A DNA stretch of 64,000 nt from Alphaproteobacteria bacterium. Its GTDB lineage: Bacteria > Pseudomonadota > Alphaproteobacteria > JAJTHO01 > CANGYM01. This document shows positions 27,923-37,428 of this stretch, piece by piece; positions within the stretch are counted from its first letter, which is position 1; each line of letters opens with the position of its first letter. The DNA lies in assembly GCA_044375675.1 (NCBI GenBank), contig JBILMD010000002.1:41104-105103 (forward strand), written 5' to 3'. The notes under the pieces were generated by a model, which saw nothing but the letters and a program-made list of their open reading frames with translations, made no database searches and had not been told where the DNA came from. The position numbers and the translations under genes are program-made.

Positions 27923-29079
27923 TGCCCGCCAAAGAAATAAGAGATGCGCTGCGACAATCCGTCAAAAAACCCGATAGACGGCACATCCTCCGCCACCACA
28001 ATATCCCGCGTTACGTTGATATTATAATACGTGCTAAGGTATGTGGCTTTCCCAACAATATCCCCTTTTTTCAAAGGGGCCGACAGAACAGAGGGAAAGG
28101 ATAACGTGCGCTTAACACCATCGCGGGCAGCGGCAGGAAAGGTGGCCACCAAATCCTCGGCCACGGTCAGGTTGACAGTGTCTTTTTGTCCCTGCCAAAC
28201 TGCGGTGGTGGCCACAGATTCCCCGCCTTTGGCGAATCTCAGGCGGGAAAATTCACGAAATCCCCAATCCAGAAAACGGCGTGTTTCAACGGCCCGATCT
28301 TTGGCGGTTTTCATTCCCCCCACAACAAAGACAATGCGGCGTCCATTTTTGATGCCCGATCCGATCAGGCAGTATCCCGACATATCGGTAAACCCTGTCT
28401 TCATCCCATCGGCATAGGGAACAGCCCCCAACAGGGGGTTGCGATTAAACTGACGAATGCCGTTATAGGTGAATTCCCGCGTGGAATAAATGGGATAGTA
28501 TTCTGGAAAACGCCGAATCAAATCGGCGGCCAAAATGCCCAAATCATGGGCGCTGGTGAAATGGTTTTCATCGGGCCAACCATAGGGGTTGCGGAAATGG
28601 GTTTTGGTCATGCCCAGCTCTTTGGCTTTGGCGTTCATCAAATCCACAAAGGCCTCTTCGCTGCCGGCAATCCCCTCGGCCAAGGCCGTGGTGGCATCGT
28701 TGCCGGACTGCACGATCATACCATAAATCAAATCCTTCACCGCAACGTTGCTACCAAGGCCCACAAAGGTTTTAGAGCCTTGTTTCCGCCACGCATTCTC
28801 ACTGATGGCCAGCGTGTCGTCCATTTTTAGGCGTCCGTCTTTTAACCGTTCAAACGTCAGATAGGCCGTCATGGCCTTGGTCATAGAGGCAGGATGAAAC
28901 GAGGTATCCGCTGATTTTTGAAACAAAACCGTGTTGGTGGATACATCCACCATGTACATATAGGGGGCAGTGGAATCAAAAACGGGCGCTTCGGCAACGG
29001 AGGTTTCGGCCCGCGCCATGCCCACAGACACTGTCAGGATAAAAAGGATCAGTAAGGAAAAGAATCTCAAAGCCCGCAT
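27919..29079 (-). CDS. dacC: D-alanyl-D-alanine carboxypeptidase (PBP5/6 family serine peptidase)
   Basis: Signal peptide. ASMTK (SxxK) and SGN motifs. Confidence 0.9.
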   Translation of the reverse strand: MRALRFFSLLILFILTVSVGMARAETSVAEAPVFDSTAPYMYMVDVSTNTVLFQKSADTSFHPASMTKAMTAYLTFERLKDGRLKMDDTLAISENAWRKQGSKTFVGLGSNVAVKDLIYGMIVQSGNDATTALAEGIAGSEEAFVDLMNAKAKELGMTKTHFRNPYGWPDENHFTSAHDLGILAADLIRRFPEYYPIYSTREFTYNGIRQFNRNPLLGAVPYADGMKTGFTDMSGYCLIGSGIKNGRRIVFVVGGMKTAKDRAVETRRFLDWGFREFSRLRFAKGGESVATTAVWQGQKDTVNLTVAEDLVATFPAAARDGVKRTLSFPSVLSAPLKKGDIVGKATYLSTYYNINVTRDIVVAEDVPSIGFFDGLSQRISYFFGGQ

Positions 29080-29130
29080 AAAAGTCTAAACCCATTGTTT
29101 TTGTGGTTGTATGTATGTTTGCCGTGGTTT

Positions 29131-30102
29131 TCAGAGTCGGATCACGCACGCACCCCATGTCAGGCCACCGCCAATGGCGGCCATCAGGATGGTTTGACCC
29201 CCAGCCACTTTACCATTCTGCCACGCAGAATCAAGGGCCAGAGGCACAGAGGCCGCGGACGTGTTGGCATGCTGGTTGACGGTGATGACCATTTGATCGT
29301 CTCTGGCGGACAGGCGGTCCTGCAGGGATGCCAAGATACGGGCGTTGGCTTGGTGGGGAATGATTTTATCAATCTCTGAGATGCTAAGGTGCGCTTGATC
29401 CAGCACTTCGAAACAGGCACTGCCCAGTTTTTGGACCGCATGACGAAAAACATCTTGCCCTTGCATCTGAATGTGTCCAACGGTGCCGGTTCCTGAGGGG
29501 CCCCCGTCTGTTTTTAAAATATCATGATACGCCCCATCACAGTGCATGGCACTGCCCAGCAGGCCAGACGTTGTGTTTTTTGCTGCACGCAAAATCATCG
29601 CCCCAGCCCCATCCCCAAACAAAACGGCTGTCCGTCGGTCTTTCCAATCCACTAAGGATGACATGGTTTCGGCCCCGATAACCAAAACGGTGCGAACGTG
29701 GCCCGCCTGAATCCATGCATCAGCTGTGACCAGCGCATACAGAAACCCGCTGCACACCCCTTGCACATCAAAGGCAGGAATCGTCCGACATCCCAAAGCA
29801 TACTGGACCTTGCTGGCCACACTGGGAAAGGTGTCATCAGGGGACGTGGTGGCCAAAACAATCATATCAATGTCAGAGGCCCGAAGAGACGCGGTGTCCA
29901 GGGCAGCCAAGGAGGCCTTCACCGCCATGGTGGATGTTGTTTCCCCTTTTTCCGCCAAATGTCTTTGGACAATTCCTGTGCGCTGCACGATCCATTCATG
30001 GTCCGTCTCTAAGCCAAAGAGCGCCATCAAATCGTTGTTATGCACAACGCGTGGGGGCAGATAGGACCCCGTACCCAAAACAGTCCAAGGGCGGCGCGTC
30101 AC
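29131..30102 (-). CDS. fabH: 3-oxoacyl-ACP synthase III
   Basis: The active-site Cys (GVCSGF), His (IPHQAN) and Asn (NTSAAS) are in the expected context. Confidence 0.95.
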   Translation of the reverse strand: MTRRPWTVLGTGSYLPPRVVHNNDLMALFGLETDHEWIVQRTGIVQRHLAEKGETTSTMAVKASLAALDTASLRASDIDMIVLATTSPDDTFPSVASKVQYALGCRTIPAFDVQGVCSGFLYALVTADAWIQAGHVRTVLVIGAETMSSLVDWKDRRTAVLFGDGAGAMILRAAKNTTSGLLGSAMHCDGAYHDILKTDGGPSGTGTVGHIQMQGQDVFRHAVQKLGSACFEVLDQAHLSISEIDKIIPHQANARILASLQDRLSARDDQMVITVNQHANTSAASVPLALDSAWQNGKVAGGQTILMAAIGGGLTWGACVIRL

Positions 30103-31151
30103 AAAACCAAATCCGCTTGGGGCTGAGGGACAGAGGCCGGCAAGGCAGGAAGAGGGGATTCCTCTGTAAAGCGTTGAATCATAAGAGGGATCGTTTTGTA
30201 TTGAATCATGTCCACCGCAACACCGATGGCGGTGGCTGTGCCCACGGCATCGGATCGGCCGTGACTTTTAATTACCGTCTTTTGCAGTCCCAAAAACACC
30301 GCGCCGTTATAACGGCGGGGGTCCAGTTGTCCCCTTAGCTTAGCAAACGCAGGGCGGGCCAGAACATAGCCCAGTTTGGCCAAAGGTGTATGCTGAAAGG
30401 CCCGTTTGGTCATTTTGTTGATCAAATCGGCGGTTCCCTCCGCCATTTTCAGGGCAACGTTCCCCGTAAAGCCATCGGTAACAACCACATCAGCCCGACC
30501 TTGGCTGATGTGATTGCTTTCTAAAAAGCCTGTGTAATGGATGCGGGTATCTTGTGCCATCAGGGCCGCGGCTTCTTTCAGTTCTTCATGGCCCTTTTGG
30601 TGTTCTTCTCCGACATTCAGCAGACCCACCGATGGAGTGTTCCATCCCAGAACGGTTTGGGCAAACGTGGATCCCATCAACCCAAATTGATACAACGTTG
30701 CCGCGTCACACTCAAGCGTCGCCCCCAGATCCAGCATAATGACGCTGCCGGTATAACTGGGAAACATCGCTGTTATGGCGGGGCGGCGAACCCCGGGAAT
30801 CATTTTTAAAATCATTTTGGAAAGGGCCATCAGGGCCCCTGTGTTGCCGGCGGAAATTACCGCATCGGCGCGACCCTCAGCCACGGCCTCTAGGGCCATG
30901 CGCATGCTGGTGTCCCGACTCTGGCGCAAGGATTGGGATGCCGACATGGTGGCAGGGATAACATGCGGCGCATGCACAATGTCAGACACATGCTGCATTT
31001 TTTTCAGGCGTGATAAGCGGGGGGCCAAAACCGCTTCGTCACCAAAAAACAAAAAACGCAGGCTTGGATGACGACGCAGCGCCAGATTGGCCCCTTTAAG
31101 AACGGCATCGGGGGCCAAATCTCCCCCCATAGCATCCAGAGCCAAAGTCAT
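30099..31151 (-). CDS. plsX: phosphate acyltransferase PlsX
   Basis: ORF to 31172. The ATG at 31149-51 gives MTLALDAMGGDLAP, which matches the PlsX N-terminus. 4-nt overlap with fabH. Confidence 0.9.
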   Translation of the reverse strand: MTLALDAMGGDLAPDAVLKGANLALRRHPSLRFLFFGDEAVLAPRLSRLKKMQHVSDIVHAPHVIPATMSASQSLRQSRDTSMRMALEAVAEGRADAVISAGNTGALMALSKMILKMIPGVRRPAITAMFPSYTGSVIMLDLGATLECDAATLYQFGLMGSTFAQTVLGWNTPSVGLLNVGEEHQKGHEELKEAAALMAQDTRIHYTGFLESNHISQGRADVVVTDGFTGNVALKMAEGTADLINKMTKRAFQHTPLAKLGYVLARPAFAKLRGQLDPRRYNGAVFLGLQKTVIKSHGRSDAVGTATAIGVAVDMIQYKTIPLMIQRFTEESPLPALPASVPQPQADLVL

Positions 31152-31202
31152 AGACTGGGCAGAGGCAGGCATAGCGCCATCCTTTTGAAAGGCAAAAAGG
31201 GG

Positions 31203-31403
31203 TTACGAAGCGTCTTGTTGATCCGCGTTGGGCTTTGCCAAAACGAAGCGCCCTTTATAATGACCACACGAGGGGCAAACATGGTGGGGCAAACGGTTGC
31301 TGCCGCAATTCGGGCACTCGGTGGATGCGACAATCCGCATGGCATCATGGGCGCGGCGCATGCCTCGGCGAGAGGGGGTGGTTTTTCTCTTAGGAACAGC
31401 CAT
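31203..31403 (-). CDS. rpmF: 50S ribosomal protein L32
   Basis: [17 protein letters not shown]…CPNCG…CPSCGHY. Classic rpmF-plsX-fabH arrangement. Confidence 0.9.
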   Translation of the reverse strand: MAVPKRKTTPSRRGMRRAHDAMRIVASTECPNCGSNRLPHHVCPSCGHYKGRFVLAKPNADQQDAS

Positions 31404-31573
31404 GGGGGTATCCTTAAAAATTCTAAAAACAAGTCAAAGGGGAATCCCTCTTACACGATTTTTTTGATCACCACAAGGGGGTGGTGGCATAATGTTCATA
31501 AGGATAATGGGATAGACTTGACTTTTTTTTGAAATTTAGGCCCCATGGAAAAAACGCAAGGGGACAAAACCAA

Positions 31574-32311
31574 ATGCGCGGTTTTTGGATTGTTGGATTT
31601 GCCGTGGTCATGCTGCTGCTGGGGGGCCATGGGGCTTGGGCTCAGGCCATTTCCATTGATTTTGCCGATGAAATGCAAGGCGAGGCCTCAGGACGTATTT
31701 TCCAGCTGGTGGCCCTGATTACCGTCCTCAGCTTGGCCCCATCCATTTTGGTGATGGTCACATCGTTTACGCGGATTATCATCGTGTTTTCCTTCTTACG
31801 CACGGCTTTGGGGTTGCAACAGACGCCGCCCAACGTGGTGTTGATTGGTTTGGCCCTGTTTATGACCCTCTTTATTATGACGCCCACATTAGAAGAGGCC
31901 TACACCACAGCTATTGAGCCCATGATGGCGGAAAAAATAAGCGAGGAAGAGGCCCTCAAGCTTGTGGGCAAGCCCTTTCACGCCTTTATGCGCAAACAGG
32001 TGCGGGAAAAAGACGTGGCTTTGTTTGTGAACATGGTGAAAAAAACAGAGGTGACCACGCCGGAGGCTCTGCCGTTTCGCATCCTAATTCCGGCATTTAT
32101 CCTCAGCGAGCTGCGGCGGGCCTTTGAAATGGGCTTTTTGATTTTTATCCCGTTTTTGATCATTGATATGGTGGTGTCCAGCATTTTGATGTCCATGGGG
32201 ATGATGATGTTGCCGCCAATTTCGATTTCCTTGCCGTTTAAACTGATTTTCTTTGTGCTGGTGGATGGCTGGTATATTCTGGCGGGATCGTTGGTGCAAA
32301 GTTTCGGATAG
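31574..32311 (+). CDS. fliP: flagellar biosynthesis protein FliP
   Basis: ORF from TTG 31529. The ATG at 31574 gives signal peptide MRGFWIVGFAVVMLLLGGHGAWAQ, then the FliP core (ALGLQQTPPNVVLIGLALFMTLFIMTP…). Confidence 0.9.
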   Translation: MRGFWIVGFAVVMLLLGGHGAWAQAISIDFADEMQGEASGRIFQLVALITVLSLAPSILVMVTSFTRIIIVFSFLRTALGLQQTPPNVVLIGLALFMTLFIMTPTLEEAYTTAIEPMMAEKISEEEALKLVGKPFHAFMRKQVREKDVALFVNMVKKTEVTTPEALPFRILIPAFILSELRRAFEMGFLIFIPFLIIDMVVSSILMSMGMMMLPPISISLPFKLIFFVLVDGWYILAGSLVQSFG

Positions 32312-32313
32312 CC

Positions 32314-33114
32314 ATGACCCCCCGCGATGTGGCCCATTTGGTGCGTTTGAATAAACCTGTGGGGATTTTTTTGTTGTTTTGGCCCTGTGCCTTTGCCCTT
32401 GCCCTTTTTCAGGCCCCTTTGTTTTTTTATGGCCTTTTTTTTGTCGGGGCGGTGGTCATGCGCAGCGCCGGATGCATTATCAATGATTTATGGGATCGAC
32501 GTATTGATGCGGCGGTGGCGCGGACGCGGGGCCGCCCTTTGGCTGCGGGGAAAATCACACCATTTCAGGCCCTGAGCGTTCTGGCGGTTTTTTTGCTTAT
32601 GGGGCTATGGGTTTTGCGGCAATTGCCTTTTGCGGCCATTGTGGTGGGTTTGGCGACGCTGCCGCTGGTGGTTTTGTATCCTCTGGCCAAGCGATTTGTT
32701 GTTTGGCCGCAGGTGGTGCTGGCTTTGACCTTTAATGCGGGGGTGTTGGTGGTGGCCGCTACGGTGGGTCAGCCGGTGCCTTGGCTGTTGTATGCGGCCT
32801 GCGTGGTGTGGACGTTGGCGTATGACACATTATACGCTTGCCAAGACAGGGCGGACGATGCCCGCTTGCACATTCATTCCGGCGCGTTGTTGTTTGGCAA
32901 TTCTGTCAAGCCGGTGGTGATGGGGCTTTACGGGCTCGCGTTTTTGCTATGGGGGGTGTTTATGCCTTGGGTGGTGGCTTTGGGGCTTGCGTGGTGCGCG
33001 GCCTTGGGGTGGCTTTGGTCGCCGGAGAGCCCCACCGCAACCCAGCGTTGGTTTCATGCCAACGGATGGCTGGGCGCAGGGGTTGCGGGCATGATTCTTT
33101 TGGCGGGGCGATAA
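32314..33114 (+). CDS. ubiA: 4-hydroxybenzoate polyprenyltransferase (UbiA family)
   Basis: NDLWDRRID Asp-rich motif and multiple TM helices. Somewhat short at 266 aa. Confidence 0.8.
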   Translation: MTPRDVAHLVRLNKPVGIFLLFWPCAFALALFQAPLFFYGLFFVGAVVMRSAGCIINDLWDRRIDAAVARTRGRPLAAGKITPFQALSVLAVFLLMGLWVLRQLPFAAIVVGLATLPLVVLYPLAKRFVVWPQVVLALTFNAGVLVVAATVGQPVPWLLYAACVVWTLAYDTLYACQDRADDARLHIHSGALLFGNSVKPVVMGLYGLAFLLWGVFMPWVVALGLAWCAALGWLWSPESPTATQRWFHANGWLGAGVAGMILLAGR

Positions 33115-33155
33115 AGAATCTTGCGACCCGTCGGATTCCCCCCCATAATAGGGCT

Positions 33156-34343
33156 ATGAACACGAGACATATGGTCGATACTCTGATTGTTGGGGGCGGT
33201 TTGGCGGGGGCCCTATGTGCCTTGACGTTGGCCTCTGTGGGGGCGCGGTGTGTTGTTTTTGAAAAAAGCCGTTTTGAGGATCTGCTGGCCCGAGATCGCC
33301 GCACCACGGCCATAAACAGCGGGGCGGTGCCGCTTTTGAAAGAGCTTGGGGTTTGGGATTCCATGATCTCCGGTGCAGGCCTGATTCGCCGGATTGAGAT
33401 CATCAGCGATGGGGCGCGTTGTACGTTTGATGATGCCCTGCATGATCTGCAGCCGTTTGGGTATATTGTGGATAATGCCGTGTGGCGACGGATTGTTAAG
33501 GACGCCATCGATGCGCACCCCCTGATTCAATGGGTGGAAGAGACTGGGGTTGCCGGCTTTGCGTCCGATGCAACCGGCATAACCGCGCAGGACACGGCGG
33601 GGCACAGTTGGCGGGCGCAGCTGCTGATTGCGGCAGATGGGCGGGAATCCGGCGTGCGTGCCTTGGCGGGTATTGACGTGCATCGTCATGTGTATCCAGA
33701 ATCGGCGCTGGTGGGCACAGTGCGCCACGCCCAGCCCCACCACGAAACAGCGTTTGAGATTTTTTTACCCACCGGTCCGTTGGCCCTTCTGCCGCTTAAG
33801 GACGAGCATGCCTCTTGCTTCGTATGGACCGAGCCCGCCGAGCATGCCAAGGCCCGTTTAGAAGGCGGGGATGCCTTGTTCCTGAAGGCTTTATCGGCCC
33901 AATGTGGTAGGATTCTTGGGGATTTGGAGCTTGTGGTGGCCCCTCAGGCTTGGGCTTTGACGCGCATTTTGGCGTCAACCTATGTTTACGATCGGGTGGT
34001 GTTGCTGGGGGATGCGGCCCACGCGATTCATCCCATTGCAGGACAAGGGTTTAATTTAACGTTGCGGGATCTGGTGGCCCTGCGTCGGGCGTTGCAGCCA
34101 CAGCTAAACGTGGGCTTGCCTTTAAAGGATGCCTTGTCCCTGTATAACCGTTTGCGGCAGGTGGATGCCGCTGTGATGGCAGAGGCCACACATGTCCTAA
34201 ACACCCTATTTCTGAATTCGGGGATGCTGCCTGTGGCCATGCGCAGGGTGGGATTAACCATGCTGAATCGCCTGCCGATCCTTAAAAAACCCTTTGTCCG
34301 TCATGCAACCGGCGTGTCCCGTCTGGCAAGATTGGGATTTTAG
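33156..34343 (+). CDS. UbiH/UbiF/VisC/COQ6-family FAD-dependent monooxygenase
   Basis: ATG at 33156 within ORF 32838..34343. LIVGGGLAGALCAL FAD motif. GDAAHAIHPIAGQGFNLTLRD. Confidence 0.85.
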   Translation: MNTRHMVDTLIVGGGLAGALCALTLASVGARCVVFEKSRFEDLLARDRRTTAINSGAVPLLKELGVWDSMISGAGLIRRIEIISDGARCTFDDALHDLQPFGYIVDNAVWRRIVKDAIDAHPLIQWVEETGVAGFASDATGITAQDTAGHSWRAQLLIAADGRESGVRALAGIDVHRHVYPESALVGTVRHAQPHHETAFEIFLPTGPLALLPLKDEHASCFVWTEPAEHAKARLEGGDALFLKALSAQCGRILGDLELVVAPQAWALTRILASTYVYDRVVLLGDAAHAIHPIAGQGFNLTLRDLVALRRALQPQLNVGLPLKDALSLYNRLRQVDAAVMAEATHVLNTLFLNSGMLPVAMRRVGLTMLNRLPILKKPFVRHATGVSRLARLGF

Positions 34344-34351
34344 AGTGGGCT

Positions 34352-35206
34352 ATGCAATTCATTTGTCCTATTAAGATCAATTTAAATCTTCATGTTATTT
34401 CAAAGAGAAAAGACAATTATCATAACCTACAAAGCTTGGTTGTTTTTGTGGAGGGAGGAGACGGTTTATCGTTTCACCCAGAGGGCGAAATGTCTTTAAG
34501 GGGGGGGGCGCCCCAGTCAAAAGAAACCCAGCGCCTGCAGGTTACGGGACCTTTTGCGGGGGCTGTGCCCACCGATAACACCAACAGCATCCTGCGGGCC
34601 CACACAGCGTTTGAAGAGGCCCTAGGTCACCCTGTGGCTGGCCGGTGGCAGCTGAATAAAACGGTTCCTGTGGGGGCGGGACTGGGCAGTGCCTCTGCCA
34701 ATGCGGCAGCGGCCCTGAGGTTACTTCAAAACATTCATCCACTACATGAAGAAAAGATTTTATCCATCGGAAAATCCATAGGATCAGACGTTCCCGTTTG
34801 TCTTTTGTCCCAAAACGCGATTATGGAGGGAACGGGGGATCGCCTGACCGTAACCCCCGATGTTATCACGCCCCCTCTGGTGATTGTTTTTCCTGGTGTT
34901 GTGCTGTCAACAAAAATGATGTTTGAAAAGTTTTCTTTTGAAAAATCAAAATATTGTGACGAACAATCAATCAAAAACATGAAAGATATTTGGGCCACCC
35001 ACAATGCTTTTGAATCTCTGGCCTGTCAACAGGCCCCTGTGATTGCCGATGTTCTGGAGTCTCTGCGGAAAACAACAGGATGTCGCTTGGCCCGCTTATC
35101 GGGCAGTGGCAGCGCGTGTTTTGGTGTTTATGAAACCCAATATCAGGCGGTTGCTGCATCTCAGGCTTTGAAAATAAAATACCCCTCTATGTGGGTCTGG
35201 CTTTAA
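34352..35206 (+). CDS. ispE: 4-diphosphocytidyl-2-C-methyl-D-erythritol kinase
   Basis: PVGAGLGSASANAAAALRLL GHMP-kinase motif. KINLNLHV N-terminus. Confidence 0.85.
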   Translation: MQFICPIKINLNLHVISKRKDNYHNLQSLVVFVEGGDGLSFHPEGEMSLRGGAPQSKETQRLQVTGPFAGAVPTDNTNSILRAHTAFEEALGHPVAGRWQLNKTVPVGAGLGSASANAAAALRLLQNIHPLHEEKILSIGKSIGSDVPVCLLSQNAIMEGTGDRLTVTPDVITPPLVIVFPGVVLSTKMMFEKFSFEKSKYCDEQSIKNMKDIWATHNAFESLACQQAPVIADVLESLRKTTGCRLARLSGSGSACFGVYETQYQAVAASQALKIKYPSMWVWL

Positions 35207-35277
35207 ATGCGATGGTGGTATAAAATGATTAAAGCAATAGCAATGTTCCCTTGGTATGATCATAGTCTTGTATTGTG

Positions 35278-36969
35278 ATGGATGTTTTTTTATCTGAAAC
35301 CCCTATGTCCTTGATTGATAAAATTTTGATGGTTTTTGGTGTGCGTCGTGAATCTGCTCGGGATGTTCAGCGGCAGAGAAAAATTCGTTTTTTGTTGGAC
35401 AAATCTCCCTTACCGTCTTGGATTCGGGATAAGGGCATGGTGCTCCAGTATTGCAATTTTGCGTATGCGGATATTTTTGAAACCACGCCAGAACGTGTTC
35501 TTCAAAAACAAACTCCTTTTTATGGCGATGGGGACGCCTGTGCTTTGGCGAGAGTGGCTTTGGAGCGGGATACCCCACAATCCACCACGGCAACGGTGAT
35601 TGTGGGGGGAAAACGTCGGTTGTATGAAATCACCGAAATTCCCACATTGGACGGTGAAGCCGTAGTTGGCTATGCCAGCGATTACAGCGCCGTTGAGGAT
35701 TTACAAAGCGCCCTAGAGCGGCACATTCAGTCATCACAAGATATTTACGAGTTTCTGGGATCTGCGGTGGCCATTTTTGGGGCCGGACGCACCCTGCAGT
35801 TTTATAACCATGCTTTTGTGCAAATGTGGAAGCTTGAGGAGGAGTGGTTATCCCAAGGCCCCACAGTGGGGGAATTTTTGGATCATCTGCGCAGGCGTCG
35901 CATGATGCCAGAATCGCTGGATTTTCAAAACATGCGAAAAGAATACATGGGGATGTTCACATCCTTGCTGGAGCCCAAGCAAGCGTTTTGGCACTTACCA
36001 GATGAGCGCACCATCAAAATTACCATTATCCCCCATCCTTTGGGGGGCATTTTCTTTTCTTATGAAAATGTAACCGACCGCTTGGCTTTGGAACGCAATT
36101 ATAAAACCCTGCTGTCTGTTCATGAATCTGTGATCCAGGATTTAGAAGAGGGTCTGCTAATTTGGGGATCCGATGGGCGTATTCAAAGGATGAACACGTC
36201 TTGTTATGAACTTTTGTGTTTGGATCAGCCCAAGGATTCTTATGAGGGGATGCGCCTGCATGATCTTCTGGACTCTCTCAGGCCTCTGCTGCTAAGACAC
36301 CTTTCTGGATACCGTTGGTCTGCCTTTCAAAAACGGTTACTCGGCCGGTTTATGGGGCAAAAACCACGTCATGGAATGTTTCGTCTTAATAATGGCGTCA
36401 GATTGCGTTATGCTCTGCGCTCTTTGCCCGATGGGGCTTTTGTTTTGTCTCTTTTGCCCATGATACCGTCCTCTATCGGTACAGGGACCCACTTTGCGGA
36501 AGGTGCCATAAAAAATAACGGTGCTGCAGAAAGTCAAATCCATGATTCCATGGTTATGGCGCCTGTTTTGACGATGATGGATGCCGTTATTCCGGCTTTT
36601 CAAAATCAGTTTCAGCACAAGGGGGTCTCAATTTCCCTAAACCACAGCGGTGGATCTGATGTGACGTTGCCTCAAAAGTTGTTTGAGGATGCTATCAAAA
36701 TGCTTTTATCGCTGATTGTGCTGTGTGTTAAGCCGAAAAGTGAAGTTGTTATGACCCTTAAATTTTTGAGGGGGTATGTTATTTTGGATGTGGTTTTTGT
36801 TTTAAGCAAAGACGCGTTTCACGTGTTGCCGCGGGATCTGAAAGACTTGCCTGGGATCACCAGTCTGGCACGACAGTATAGCCAATATCTAAAACTTGAT
36901 GTAGAGTTGGGGCAGGGGGATGCTATAGAGCTATCGCTGGCTTTTTTCCCGCATCACTCTGCCTCTTAA
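35278..36969 (+). CDS. PAS-domain sensor protein with degenerate histidine-kinase-like C-terminus (no H-box recognisable)
   Basis: 563 aa. The GC is visibly lower than in neighbouring genes (sampled ~45%). Three PAS-like segments, then a C-terminal region with alternating hydrophobic segments (…VVMTLKFLRGYVILDVVFVLSKD…) that loosely resembles a histidine-kinase ATPase fold but lacks the H-box, N, G1 and G2 motifs. Confidence 0.55.
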   Translation: MDVFLSETPMSLIDKILMVFGVRRESARDVQRQRKIRFLLDKSPLPSWIRDKGMVLQYCNFAYADIFETTPERVLQKQTPFYGDGDACALARVALERDTPQSTTATVIVGGKRRLYEITEIPTLDGEAVVGYASDYSAVEDLQSALERHIQSSQDIYEFLGSAVAIFGAGRTLQFYNHAFVQMWKLEEEWLSQGPTVGEFLDHLRRRRMMPESLDFQNMRKEYMGMFTSLLEPKQAFWHLPDERTIKITIIPHPLGGIFFSYENVTDRLALERNYKTLLSVHESVIQDLEEGLLIWGSDGRIQRMNTSCYELLCLDQPKDSYEGMRLHDLLDSLRPLLLRHLSGYRWSAFQKRLLGRFMGQKPRHGMFRLNNGVRLRYALRSLPDGAFVLSLLPMIPSSIGTGTHFAEGAIKNNGAAESQIHDSMVMAPVLTMMDAVIPAFQNQFQHKGVSISLNHSGGSDVTLPQKLFEDAIKMLLSLIVLCVKPKSEVVMTLKFLRGYVILDVVFVLSKDAFHVLPRDLKDLPGITSLARQYSQYLKLDVELGQGDAIELSLAFFPHHSAS

Positions 36970-37011
36970 AAATTTAAATTTCATTTGTGTCCGTTGTCTC
37001 TGGCTTTTCCC

Positions 37012-37428
37012 ATGATGTCCCGTATTTTGATTGTACGCGCTACGTTTTACCGTGAGATTGCAGATTTTTTGCTGGAAGGGGCTTGCGCTGCCTTAAACGA
37101 TAAAGGTGTGCTTTACGAGGTTCTGGATGTCCCGGGGGCCATGGAAATTCCCTTGGCAATGGCGGGGGCGTCTTCGGACTTTGACGGCTATCTTGCCTTG
37201 GGATGCGTGATTCGGGGGGAAACCAGCCATTATGATGTGGTGTGTCAAACCAGTGCCAATGGATTGATGACACTGGCTTTATCAAAAAACATCATTATCA
37301 TCAATGGCATTCTAACAACAGAAAACTGGGATCAGGCGATAGAACGCGCCCATCCCACCAAAAAAAACAAAGGGGGCTATGCAGCGGAAGCTTGCCTGGT
37401 CATGATTCATCAAAGGGATTCACAATGA
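37012..37428 (+). CDS. ribH: 6,7-dimethyl-8-ribityllumazine synthase
   Basis: RILIVRATFYREI…DVPGAMEIPLA…GCVIRGETSHYD. Confidence 0.85.
   Translation: MMSRILIVRATFYREIADFLLEGACAALNDKGVLYEVLDVPGAMEIPLAMAGASSDFDGYLALGCVIRGETSHYDVVCQTSANGLMTLALSKNIIIINGILTTENWDQAIERAHPTKKNKGGYAAEACLVMIHQRDSQ

Noticed and set aside
26792-28830. + strand ORFs 26792..27373 and 28186..28830
   Set aside because: Antisense to cysS and dacC respectively, both of which carry diagnostic motifs.
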